Positions 23,696 to 35,770 of a stretch of 64,000 bases of DNA are shown piece after piece. A model generated the notes under the pieces. The model did not search any database, was not told where the DNA came from, and was given only the letters and a program-made list of their open reading frames with translations. Made by a program: the position numbers and the translations under genes. This DNA is from Kofleriaceae bacterium (GTDB lineage Bacteria; Myxococcota_A; Polyangia; Haliangiales; Haliangiaceae), in assembly GCA_046597055.1 (NCBI GenBank), contig JBKJLC010000013.1, positions 14,117 through 78,116 of the forward strand, given 5' to 3'. Each line of letters opens with the position of its first letter. Position 1 is the first letter of the stretch.

Positions 23696-24742
23696 CTACA
23701 GCCGCGCCAGCGCCGCGGCCCCGGCCACCCGGCCCGCATCGATGTACTGCTCGCGCAGCCCGCGATCGGCCAGGCCCGAGAACGGCGTGCCCGCGAGCGG
23801 TTGCTCGGGACGGATCTCGATCAGCTCGACCGCGCGCCAGCCGAGCGCCTCGCGCAGCTCGGCCCGTTGCGCCTTCGACAGGCCCCAGCTGCGCGTGAGC
23901 GACTCGACGCGGGCCAGCTTCTCGTTGACCTTCCGGCTCTGGACCAGGTCGCGGACCAGCCGCTCGTTCACCAGCATCTCGAGCACGCGACCGACGAGCT
24001 CGAACCCGCGCGGGGGGGCCTGGTCGACCAGCTGGCGCGCGTTGTCGGTGACCACGATGACCCGGCGCACCTCGGGCGAGTCGAGCCCGTACGAGACCGG
24101 CGTGTTGTTGACGGCGCCACCGTCGACGCAGTAGCCAATGCCGTCGAGATGCACCGGCGTGAACAGCAACGGAAACGCCGCCGACGCCATGGTCGCCATG
24201 ACCACCGCCCGGCGCCCGTCGGCGCTGTCGAAGCTCGGCCCCGAGAACTCCATGATGTGCTCGAACGTGGTGTCGCCGGTGGCCGAGCCGTGGGGGCCCG
24301 ACTCGGCGGGCATGCCCTGGAGCGCGGCGACCACGAGCTGCAACGTGATGTCGGCGATGGGGGGGGTGGAGCCGCGGACCACGTGGGTCAGCGCGCGCGC
24401 GACCACGGTCGCCATCTCGCGCGACGACGACAGCCCGCCGCGGAGGACCCCGGACAGCGACGGCCGAAGAAACTTCCACCAGTGCGCGTCGCGCACCCAG
24501 GTCTCGGTCAGGATCTCGGTGGCGAGCTCGATCCGGCCGTAGCGGATGCCGGCCGCGAAGACGCCGGCGTTGAGCGCGCCCGCGCTCGCCGCGACGATGC
24601 GGACGATCGAGAGCTTGGCCTGCGCGATCTGCTCGAGCACGCCGGCCTGGAACGCGCCCTTGGCGACCGCCCCGGCCAGGACGAGCGCGGTGGGGGGCGG
24701 CGTGGACTCGTCGAGGCTGGCGAAATCGTCGCGACCGACCAT
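23696..24742 (-). CDS. Patatin-like phospholipase
   Basis: LVLAGAVAKGAFQAG, AASAG nucleophile, ASAAFP, VDGG. Confidence 0.88.
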   Translation of the reverse strand: MVGRDDFASLDESTPPPTALVLAGAVAKGAFQAGVLEQIAQAKLSIVRIVAASAGALNAGVFAAGIRYGRIELATEILTETWVRDAHWWKFLRPSLSGVLRGGLSSSREMATVVARALTHVVRGSTPPIADITLQLVVAALQGMPAESGPHGSATGDTTFEHIMEFSGPSFDSADGRRAVVMATMASAAFPLLFTPVHLDGIGYCVDGGAVNNTPVSYGLDSPEVRRVIVVTDNARQLVDQAPPRGFELVGRVLEMLVNERLVRDLVQSRKVNEKLARVESLTRSWGLSKAQRAELREALGWRAVELIEIRPEQPLAGTPFSGLADRGLREQYIDAGRVAGAAALARL

Positions 24743-24855
24743 CGCCGCATTCTAGCCTCGCCCCGTCACGCCCACCGGGGGTCGGCCGGCGCTGATCACG
24801 GTGCCACCCGACGGGACCGACGGGACCGACCGGTCCCGGGCCGCCGTGGTCGAGG

Positions 24856-25716
24856 TCAGAAGCCGCGGGCCGGGACCTGTCGCTGCAGCCAGTTGGACGA
24901 CGGGTAGCCGCTCGCGGCCGAGATCACGTGCAGCGTGTAGGCGTGCCGCGAGGTCGGCGAGCGGTTGGCGTGGCTCATGTGCGGGGCCAGGCCGTCGAGC
25001 ACGATCAGGTCACCGCGCTTGACCTCGAGCGGGACGAGGCGCGTGTCGTCCCACGGGCGGTCGTCGAGAAGATCGAAGTGGGTCGTGCGGCCGTCGCGCA
25101 CGAAGCGCGACTTGAGCCCGTCGCGGTGGGCACCGGGGATCGCCCACAGGCAGCCGTTGTCGGTGCGGGCGTCCTCGAGCGCGAACCACAGGCCGACCAT
25201 CGCCTCGGGCGTCGTGTGCAGGAACGTCGCGTCCTGGTGGCAGCGCACCTCGCCGCCGATGTAGGGCTGCTTGAAGATGTACATCGACTGCATCAAGCGC
25301 GGCTCGGCGATCCCGAGCCCGGCGACCAGGGCGGCCAGCGCCGGCGTCCGTGAGAAGCGATCGAACGCGGGGTCGAGATCGTGCAGCGCGTGGCCGATCT
25401 TGTTGATCGATTGCGCCTTCGGGCGCACCAGCTGGCCGTCGCGATCGAAGCCGCCTTCCTCGAAGAAGAACCGGATCTGGTCGCCCGAGTCGAGGAAGTA
25501 GTCGTCGGTCTTGCGGGCCTGCTCGTCGGTCGTGAAGACGGTCCGGCGGGTCCCCGGCTCGAACCCGGCCACCAGCGCCTCGGCCCGGGCGCGCAGCGCG
25601 TCACACTGCGCGGGATCCACGAAGCCGGGGAGGATCACGAAGCCATCGCGGTGATAGTGCGCGAGCTGCGCGGGGGTGATCACCGGTCGACCGCTGGCCT
25701 GGCCTGCTGCTTCCAT
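24856..25716 (-). CDS. Phytanoyl-CoA dioxygenase (PhyH) family Fe(II)/2OG oxygenase
   Basis: QSMYIFKQP.IGGEV.CHQD, NGCLW.IPG.H, H.S..N.S..SR; start may instead be GTG 25683. Confidence 0.9.
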   Translation of the reverse strand: MEAAGQASGRPVITPAQLAHYHRDGFVILPGFVDPAQCDALRARAEALVAGFEPGTRRTVFTTDEQARKTDDYFLDSGDQIRFFFEEGGFDRDGQLVRPKAQSINKIGHALHDLDPAFDRFSRTPALAALVAGLGIAEPRLMQSMYIFKQPYIGGEVRCHQDATFLHTTPEAMVGLWFALEDARTDNGCLWAIPGAHRDGLKSRFVRDGRTTHFDLLDDRPWDDTRLVPLEVKRGDLIVLDGLAPHMSHANRSPTSRHAYTLHVISAASGYPSSNWLQRQVPARGF

Positions 25717-26174
25717 CGCGGGGGCAACACACCACGATCCGGCGCCGCGGGGCAACCGGCCTGGTTTCCGCCGACCCGGGGCCCGCGCCCGGACCGCCGG
25801 GCCTCGGAGGTCCCCGGACGCACGGCTGTCCGGGATCCCGGACATTCCACCCGGTCGCCGTCAGGTCGCGGCCGGGTCGCGGCTGGCGGGTCGCCCGCGA
25901 CCCGTCGTCGCCGGCGCGGCGCGCGTGGCGGACCGCACGGTCGATGGTGCGCGCGGTGTGCGCGCGCCGCTGTCGGACGAGCCTCCACCTGTATGGTAGC
26001 CGCGCTGTTCGTCGCCGCGCTGTAGCGCACGTTGATGCTGACGAGCACGGGCGACGCCGCCCGCTGCGCGTGGAGACCGGCGATACCGCACGACCGGGCC
26101 CGAGGCACGGCTGGTGCAGTTCCCGGCGCGGGGCGCGGCCGCTGCTTTGCGACCATCACTCGGGGGGGGACGTA

Positions 26175-27263
26175 ATGACGCCAGATCAAGATCCGGGCGC
26201 GGTGCCGAGACCACGCGAGTCCGCCACGGAGACGCCCACGCGTCGCGTCCAGCACGTGCAGCGCAGCGGGCCCAACACGACTCGCGCGCGGCGGGCACCG
26301 CGGGTGCTGATCGGCCGCTACCAGCTCCTACATCGGATCGCCAGCGGCCACATGTCGGAGGTTTACCTCGCTACCGACCAGGTGCTCGAGCGGAACGTCG
26401 CGATCAAGATCCTGCGGACCGGCCGGGCCCACGATCCGCACAACGTCGACCGGTTCCGGCACGAGGCGCTGAGCCTGTCGCGGATCGACTCGCCGCGCGT
26501 GGTCGCGGTCCACGACATGTACCTGGGCGGCACCGACGAGCACTTCCTCGTCATGCGCCACATCATCGGGCGGACGCTCGCGCAGTTCATGGAGGAGGTC
26601 GGGACGCTGGCCGTCCCGCACGCCGTGCGCCTCGCGTGCGAGATGCTCGACGGCCTGTCGGAGCTGCACACGCGGCACCTGGTGGCGCGCGACCTCAAGC
26701 CGTCGCACGTGATGATCGACTGGGAGGACCACGCGGTGCTGCTCGCGCTGGGGATCGCCCCACAGCGGCGGCCCCAGCGGTTCCCGTCGGCCAGCCCGGT
26801 GTGCGGCACGCCGTTCGGCCTCGACGCCGGCAGCGAGGAGGACGAGGACGACCACCAGGATCTCCGGCAGGCCGGCCTGCTCCTGCTCTACATGCTCACC
26901 GGGGTCCATGCGTCGGCGACCCGCGAGCTGTCGACGCTCACCGCCCGCATCCCACCCGCGATCGCCCGCGTGGTCCAGCGCGCCCTGACCAGCGAGCCGG
27001 GCTCCCGGTACGCGAGCGCGCTCGTGATGAAAGAAGCGCTCGAGCGAGCGCTGCGCGAGGCGGCGCCGGTGTCGACCCGACCAGCGATCGCCCAGCCCGC
27101 CCTCACCCGCCCGATGGCCGCGCCGGCCCGGCCGGCGGCAGCGTCCGTGGCCGACACCGAAAGGTCGGGAGCCCCGGCGACGTCAGACGAGACCAACGAC
27201 GAGGCAATCCCGACCCTGTGGGTCGATCCCAACCCCACGGTGGTGGGGCGGATCGCCCGGTAG
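26175..27263 (+). CDS. Ser/Thr kinase-like protein, probable pseudokinase
   Basis: VAIK retained; HRDxxxxN reads ARDLKPSH, DFG reads ALG, APE absent. Confidence 0.75.
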   Translation: MTPDQDPGAVPRPRESATETPTRRVQHVQRSGPNTTRARRAPRVLIGRYQLLHRIASGHMSEVYLATDQVLERNVAIKILRTGRAHDPHNVDRFRHEALSLSRIDSPRVVAVHDMYLGGTDEHFLVMRHIIGRTLAQFMEEVGTLAVPHAVRLACEMLDGLSELHTRHLVARDLKPSHVMIDWEDHAVLLALGIAPQRRPQRFPSASPVCGTPFGLDAGSEEDEDDHQDLRQAGLLLLYMLTGVHASATRELSTLTARIPPAIARVVQRALTSEPGSRYASALVMKEALERALREAAPVSTRPAIAQPALTRPMAAPARPAAASVADTERSGAPATSDETNDEAIPTLWVDPNPTVVGRIAR

Positions 27264-27277
27264 CCACCAACCCAGGG

Positions 27278-28369
27278 TCAGCTGGCGGCGCAGCAGACGC
27301 CGCCCTCGATGCCAACCGAGACCCGGCCGAGCTCGCGCTCGCCGGCCGCACACTGGATCTGGCCGTCGCCGATGTCGCCACGAACCTGGCCGCCCAGGGC
27401 CTCGCACTCGGCCACCGAGATCGCCGGCGCCGGCGGGTTGGCCAGGCAGGCCGCGAGCTCGGGCGTCGCCGACCAGCCGCAGGCGCCGTCCGCCTGGCGC
27501 TCGCAGGTCGCGCTCTGGTAGCAGACGTACTCGTCGCGGAAGTCGCAGGTGGTGATCACGCCATCGCGATCCGAGCAGACCTGGCCCGAGCAGCCGCCGA
27601 CGAAGCACTCGTCGACCGCGGCCTGGACCCGGGTATAGAACTGCGTGACCGTGCGGCCCTTGGCCGTCTGGCCGTTGGCGCGGACCGTGTAGCGATCGCC
27701 AAAGACGATCAGGCCGCCGCCCTCGAACGTCAGCCCGGCGAGCCCACGGCCGATCTCGTCCTCGGTCGCGCCCGACGGGGCGAAGTCGAGGTCGGCGATC
27801 TGCGCCGACACCGACCCGTTGAGCTTGGCCTCGCGCTTGTCCGGGCACGGCGCCTGGATGCAGCGCACGCCGCTCTGCTCGACCTTGACGCCGATGCCGT
27901 CGACCGCGCCGTCGGCGGCGCCGGCGACCCACGCCTCGGTGGCGTCGAAGCGACCGAGGTTGCCGTAGCCGGGGAAGCGCTGGGTCTTGATCGCACCGCG
28001 GACGAGCACGCCACCCTGGCGGTACGCGTTGTCGCGCATCGGCGCGAGGTCGCGGTCGGACAGCCCGAGCGCGCTGGTGTCGAGCGACGCGACGTAGCAC
28101 GACTGCGCGCGACGACCGTCGGCGCAGGTGAGCTTCGCGCTGTTCACGCGCGACACGAAGTAACCGCCGCAGCCGGGCGACGCGCATTTTCTGACGTCGG
28201 CGCGGATGTGGAAGTACGTGAAGGTATCGGAGCCGGCGAGGTCGGCCTTGCCTGCGAGCTCCTCGGAGACATCGCCCGCGAGCTCATCTTCGGTGACCGT
28301 GGAGTCGGTGCACGCGGAGACGAGCGAGAGGGAGGCAACAGCGAAAGTGGCGAGATAGTTCCGGAACAC
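27278..28369 (-). CDS. Cys-rich lipoprotein (DUF6748-like region plus eight-cysteine-cluster-like domain)
   Basis: AGGAG RBS; VSAC lipobox; DVRKCASPGCGGYFV, CIQAPCP, CFVGGCSGQVC...ITTC...CERQADGACGW. Confidence 0.75.
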   Translation of the reverse strand: MFRNYLATFAVASLSLVSACTDSTVTEDELAGDVSEELAGKADLAGSDTFTYFHIRADVRKCASPGCGGYFVSRVNSAKLTCADGRRAQSCYVASLDTSALGLSDRDLAPMRDNAYRQGGVLVRGAIKTQRFPGYGNLGRFDATEAWVAGAADGAVDGIGVKVEQSGVRCIQAPCPDKREAKLNGSVSAQIADLDFAPSGATEDEIGRGLAGLTFEGGGLIVFGDRYTVRANGQTAKGRTVTQFYTRVQAAVDECFVGGCSGQVCSDRDGVITTCDFRDEYVCYQSATCERQADGACGWSATPELAACLANPPAPAISVAECEALGGQVRGDIGDGQIQCAAGERELGRVSVGIEGGVCCAAS

Positions 28370-28606
28370 GAGATCTCCTTGGTGACGTGACGTGGTAGCG
28401 CAGCCGCTCTCAGCAACGGCCGGGCCACCCGGAGACTGTCGTGATCACTGCGGGTCTGGGCGACGCCCCCGTGACGCTTCTGCGCAGTTATCGACCCACT
28501 TGCCGGCGACTCGATTGGCCACTGCGGCGAGAGATACGCAGGACGCGCGATCTCGTCAGTGGCGATCGTGGCGAGAGCGCACGGAAGTACGGGCTGGCCG
28601 CTGGCC

Positions 28607-28760
28607 GGCAGAGCGCCAAGGTGCCGCACGTCGCTCCGACGGGCTGCCCTCAGGATCCCGCACATCTTTCCCGGTGTCCCTGAGCCAGGGCGAGCGCAAG
28701 CGAGCCCGCCGCCTCCGGGCAGCCCGTCGAAGATCACGTGCGGCACCTTCCCGCTCTGCC
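28607..28760. repeat. Long imperfect inverted repeat (fold-back)
   Basis: Paired arms GGCAGAGCG/CGCTCTGCC, AAGGTGCCGCACGT/ACGTGCGGCACCTT, CGACGGGCTGCCC/GGGCAGCCCGTCG. Confidence 0.85.
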
Positions 28761-28944
28761 CTTCGACACGGCGCCTGCGGCGCCGGCGCAGGGCCACCGG
28801 GAACGGTGAGCGCTTCCGATCACATGAAGACTTGTGATCAATCCCGAGCGCTGACCTTCGACACGGCGCCTGCGGCGCCGGCTCAGGGCCACCGGGGTGA
28901 GCGCTTCCGATCACATGAAGACTTGTGACTTGTGATCAATCCCG
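28760..28944. repeat. Two tandem ~95-nt REP-like units
   Basis: CTTCGACACGGCGCCTGCGGCGCCGGC.CAGGGCCACCGGG...GAGCGCTTCCGATCACATGAAGACTTGTGA...ATCCCG at 28761 and 28856. Confidence 0.9.
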
Positions 28945-29047
28945 GGCTCGGCCGGCGACGGCCGCCGACCGAGATCGGGTAGAGCGAAGTTGGACGCTTG
29001 GCCGAGCTCCTCGCGCCGCACGCCGGCAAAGATCGCACCGCCCGCGG

Positions 29048-30553
29048 TCAGTCGACGTAGACGACGCGGGCGCGCACGGCCGCATCAGAGTCGTCGGGCG
29101 GGGCCAGCGAGCCATCGGTCCACGCGGCGATGAAGCCGAGCCCGGCGAGCGGCGCCAGCGACGGCGAGCGCTGCGGCCCCTCGCGGGTGGTGGCCAGGGG
29201 CAGCGGGTCGCCGCGCGGCGTGCCGTCGAGCCGGTAGTGGCGGATCAGCACGTCGCGCTGGTCGTCGGCGCCCTCGGCCCAGGCGAACGCGACGCCGGCC
29301 GCGCCGGCCGCGACCGCCGGCGTCTGCCTGCGATCGGCCCGCACGACCTCGACCGTCGGGCCGCGCGGGGTGCCATCGGGATCGAACCAGCGCGCCTGGA
29401 TCGACGACGCGTCCTGCACGTCGCGAGCCCAGGCGACCACGAAGCCGCCGTCTGGGAGCGCCGCCACCACCGGCAGCTCCGGGCGCGACGGCATCGGGGG
29501 CGCCGCCTCGACCTCCTGCTGCCCGGTGCGCGCCGTCATCCCGTCGAAGACCCGGGCCACGATCCGGTTGAGGCCGTTGGCCTGCTTGACCTCCCACACG
29601 ACCACCAGGCCGCCATCGACCAGGCCGGCCACCGCCGGCGCGTCCTCGGCGATCGGATCGGCGACCCCGACCACCACCGAGTCCACCGCCGGCGGCAGGT
29701 AGCCCAGCGCATCGACGACCTTCAACCGGACCTCGCCGCTGCTCTGGAACCGGTCCGCGGTCCGCAGCCAGGTCAACGCGAAGCCACCGCCGGCCAGGCC
29801 ACCGACCGACGGCAACCGGTCGGTGCGCGCGGCGTCGAAGTCCACCGACTGCGCGTTGATCGAGCGGGCCACGCCGTCGTCGTCGCGGTAGGTCATGATC
29901 CCGAGCCGCCCGTGGACGGCGCCCGGCTCGTGCGTCTCCCACAGGATGGCGTAGGTGTCGACCGCGTGCGCGGTGGCGGTCAGGCCGTCGGCATCGACGG
30001 TGTCGGGCAGGTCGAACTCGCGGTCGGTACCGGTGGCGTCGTTGACCCGGGGCCGGGCCTCGGGCCCGAACATGCGCGCGCGGCCGGTGCGGTCGCCGTT
30101 CCAGGCGACCAGGAACCGGCCGTCGGGTCCCGCCGCAAGCTGGCGCCCGCCGTAGTACAGGTCGTTGGCCAGCGGCTGCGCGCCCACGATGTGCTCGCGA
30201 TTGACGACGAAGTCGGCCGGCTCGAGCGTGATCGCGACCGCGGCGTCGGCGCCGGGCGCGACGGTGGCGGCGCCAAGACCGGCGAGCCGACCCGCGGCGT
30301 CGAGGCCCTCGATCGCGATGGTGACGTCGGCCGCGTCGCGACCGGTGGTGGCGACCACGAACGTGAGGGGCAAGGCGGCCGCCGCCGGCACGACCAGCTC
30401 GTCGGCGACGCGGTCCACGCCGTCAGCGACCTCGACCCGCAGCCGGGTGAGCGCGCGCAACGCGGGGCGCCCCCGCACGGTCACCTCGACGGTGTCCTCG
30501 CCGCACGCGCCGGCGAGCAGCAGCAGGCTCGCCGCGATGGCGGCCGGTCTCAT
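29048..30553 (-). CDS. Lipoprotein with beta-propeller-like repeats
   Basis: AGAC lipobox; repeated P.VA.L.DGGFVVAW...I.AR.FD units; ATGA overlap with the TPR gene. Confidence 0.8.
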   Translation of the reverse strand: MRPAAIAASLLLLAGACGEDTVEVTVRGRPALRALTRLRVEVADGVDRVADELVVPAAAALPLTFVVATTGRDAADVTIAIEGLDAAGRLAGLGAATVAPGADAAVAITLEPADFVVNREHIVGAQPLANDLYYGGRQLAAGPDGRFLVAWNGDRTGRARMFGPEARPRVNDATGTDREFDLPDTVDADGLTATAHAVDTYAILWETHEPGAVHGRLGIMTYRDDDGVARSINAQSVDFDAARTDRLPSVGGLAGGGFALTWLRTADRFQSSGEVRLKVVDALGYLPPAVDSVVVGVADPIAEDAPAVAGLVDGGLVVVWEVKQANGLNRIVARVFDGMTARTGQQEVEAAPPMPSRPELPVVAALPDGGFVVAWARDVQDASSIQARWFDPDGTPRGPTVEVVRADRRQTPAVAAGAAGVAFAWAEGADDQRDVLIRHYRLDGTPRGDPLPLATTREGPQRSPSLAPLAGLGFIAAWTDGSLAPPDDSDAAVRARVVYVD

Positions 30554-31202
30554 CGGCGGAAGTCGACCACGCCCAGGTCGCTGTCGGGCAGGTCGTCGGT
30601 CGTGAGGATGATCACCGCCCCGGTCGCGGCGCTGGCCGCGACCGCCGCGCCGGCGATGAACCACCAGCGCCGGTAGACCGGCCGTGATGGCCGGGTCGGG
30701 CTCGGGCGCGCGAGGCTCGCGTCGATCCGCGCGCGGGTCTCGGCCTGGGCGCGGGCGGCCTCGGCGGCGCGGGCGGCCTCGGCGGCGCGGCTGGCCTCGC
30801 CCCGGCGTCTGGACTCGGCTTCGAGCTCGGCGATCAGTCGCTCGGTGGCGGCGCGCCGCGACGAGGTCGGATCGAGCTGCAGGTACTTGCGATAGCCGAA
30901 CACCGCCTCGTCGAGCTGGTCGAGGTTGCGGTGAGTCTGGGCGATGTTGAGGAGGGTATCGGGCAGCGGCGTGAGTTCGAACGACTTCTCGTACTCGACC
31001 AGCGCCTCGGCGAAGCGGCCCAGCGCGAACAGCTTCTGGGCCTGGACGAAGTGGCCACGCGCGATGGCGCGGGTGCGCGCGTCACCGTCGCCGGGACGGA
31101 CGCGCGCGCCGGCCTTGGCCTTGGGGCCAGCGGCGACCGGGGGCGCCACCGCGACGAGCAGCGCCAGACCGACCAGGCCCGCGCGGATCGCACCGATGGA
31201 CG

Positions 31203-31206
<4 letters not shown>
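30550..31206 (-). CDS. TPR protein with C-terminal membrane anchor
   Basis: Signal peptide; FALGRFAEALVEYEKSF, LLNIAQTHR, PVYRRWWF plus TM. Confidence 0.85.
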
Positions 31207-32669
<1,463 letters not shown>

Positions 32670-32708
32670 GGTGCCGCAAGGCTAGCGCACCGGCCCGGCC
32701 CGATCACC

Positions 32709-34058
<1,350 letters not shown>

Positions 34059-34073
34059 GCCCGACCCGGCCCG

Positions 34074-34232
34074 CACGACCTGCCCGCCGACGTCCGCGAC
34101 GGCCTGGGGGTGTCCCCGGTCGACACCCTGGCCGAGGCGCTCGCGATCACGCTGCGCGACACCACGCTGCGCGAGGGCCGCCTGGGGTTCGGCGAGCACC
34201 GCATCCTCGACGAGCGCCGGCTCGCGCTCTGA
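34074..34232 (+). pseudogene. lon: Remnant of a Lon protease 3' end
   Basis: Hand translation HDLPADVRDGLGVSPVDTLAEALAITLRDTTLREGRLGF... resembles the Lon tail (DIP..V...L....V..L.EVL..AL); no proper start. Confidence 0.55.
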
Positions 34233-34339
34233 CCGCACCCGGCGGCGGCGCGGCCGGCGGGCCGGCCGGCCGGCGTGGAAGGGCTCGGGCGGAACGATTG
34301 ATCCCTCCCCGGGGAGCGATATGCTCCGCAAGCCCCGCC

Positions 34340-35092
34340 ATGCCCCAACACCGCGTCGTCTTCTACTTTCTCGACGAGCAGCCCACCGACCGGGCCGCCT
34401 GGGAGGCGTGGCTCGCCGCGGCGCCGCCCCGGGTGCGGGCGATCGCCGAGCTCGGCGAGCGCCGGCCGTTCGTCTCGGCCGCCGCGCCCTTTGCCGGCCG
34501 CGACGCGGCCGAGACCCGTCGCAACGACGAGGCCGCCGGGCTCGAGGTGGTCAAGGAGCTGGTCGAGAACCTGGGCGCCCTCGCCGGCGCGACCGCGCGC
34601 TCGATCGGCCTGCTCCTGGCCGGCCGCGGGTTCGGCACCGTCGGACCGGACGGCCCCGACGCCGCGCTGACGGCGAAGCTGGAGGAGTGGGGCAGCCTGG
34701 TCGAGGCGAGACCGCCGGACGAGCCTGAGTGGGAGCGCAAGGGCTGGGTCTCGGTCTGGGCCGGCACGGTGCCGCGCGAGGACTACGACCACCTGCTCCG
34801 CGAGCTGCATGCGATCGACGGTCCGATCTCGGCGTTCGCGCGCGCGATCCACATCCGGTACTACGACAAGAAGAGCTGCCAGGGCTTCCACAGCCGCGAG
34901 CCGCTGCCCGCCGGCGCCGCGATCGGCAAGCTCCCGTTCGCGGCAAGCTTCCTCGACCTCATCCCGGCCGAGGTGCGCGAGCGCGTCGTCAACGCGGTGA
35001 TCGTGCTCTACGAGACCGACTTCACCGAGCGACCGCGCGATGCCGCCCGCCGCCGGCTCCGCTACTGCGGCTCGTACCCGTACAAGGGCTGA
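34340..35092 (+). CDS. Protein with C-terminal Imm22-like immunity domain
   Basis: VSVWAG...SAFARAIHIRYYD...NAVIVLY...LRYCGSYPY resembles immunity protein 22; N-terminal domain not recognised. Confidence 0.55.
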   Translation: MPQHRVVFYFLDEQPTDRAAWEAWLAAAPPRVRAIAELGERRPFVSAAAPFAGRDAAETRRNDEAAGLEVVKELVENLGALAGATARSIGLLLAGRGFGTVGPDGPDAALTAKLEEWGSLVEARPPDEPEWERKGWVSVWAGTVPREDYDHLLRELHAIDGPISAFARAIHIRYYDKKSCQGFHSREPLPAGAAIGKLPFAASFLDLIPAEVRERVVNAVIVLYETDFTERPRDAARRRLRYCGSYPYKG

Positions 35093-35101
35093 CCCGGCGG
35101 C

Positions 35102-35377
35102 TCAGCGCCGCTTGCCGTTGGAGCGGCCGACCATGGCGCGGAGGTCATCGGCCGACACGCTGGGCAGGTAGTCGGGGAGCAGCCAGACCACGTTCGAGCA
35201 GAACATGCCCCGCTGGTCGCGCAGGCGGAACGAGATCGTGTGATCGCGCGGCGCGCGGTGGCCGCCGTAGTCACCGCGACCGCCGAACACCGCATCGCAG
35301 TCGGGGAACGCCTCGCGGAGGACGCGGCGCACGCGGGTCATCTCGGCGCTGGTCGCCTTCCGGTTCTGGTTGCCCAT
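35102..35377 (-). CDS. Hypothetical protein (91 aa)
   Basis: GAGGG RBS before ATG 35377; plausible composition; no family recognised. Confidence 0.5.
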   Translation of the reverse strand: MGNQNRKATSAEMTRVRRVLREAFPDCDAVFGGRGDYGGHRAPRDHTISFRLRDQRGMFCSNVVWLLPDYLPSVSADDLRAMVGRSNGKRR

Positions 35378-35464
35378 GGGTCGTCCCTCGTTCCGAGCCG
35401 CGCAGCCTGGCGGCCATGCCGGGCCTTCAGGGGCCCGCACTCACAAATTCGATCACTTGCTCTT

Positions 35465-35585
35465 CCGTTCGTCCTGAGCGCAGCCCGGCGCGAAGCGGCG
35501 GGCGAAGTCGAAGGACGACCATCGCGCGGCGGGCGTCCTTCGACTTCGAGCTCGCCTGCGCTCGCTCTGCGCTCAGGACGATCGG
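35465..35585. repeat. Inverted pair of REP-like palindromic elements
   Basis: CCGTTCGTCCTGAGCGCAG...CGAAGTCGAAGGACG followed by CGTCCTTCGACTTCG...CTGCGCTCAGGACGATCGG. Confidence 0.9.
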
Positions 35586-35726
35586 AAAAGCTGCTCAATC
35601 GCGATCGCTTGCGCCTACCTCATCGGCATTGAGCCTAGCGGACGAGTCGACCTGGGCGAGCGGCAAGCTCGGGCACAAAGCCGTGGCCGCCTCGGGGGCG
35701 CCTTGTTTTCAACTAGTTACACGAAG

Positions 35727-35755
35727 TGCATCCAATCTCGCGCGGGCGACGAACG
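35727..35755 (+). promoter_or_regulatory. Predicted ECF (SigK-like) promoter, copy 1
   Basis: TGCATCC-N16-CGAACG immediately upstream of the kinase; same motif and spacing as the two copies at 41606-41673. Confidence 0.65.
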
Positions 35756-35770
35756 GCTATAGTGCAGCCC

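Noticed and set aside
24808..24840. Short 9-nt tandem repeat (CCGACGGGA) and similar low-complexity coding repeats (RAAEAA, DASP)
   Set aside because: Two to three copies only, consistent with ordinary slippage.
28760..28944. Direct repeats as a possible CRISPR array
   Set aside because: Only two ~95-nt contiguous units, no unique spacers and no cas genes.
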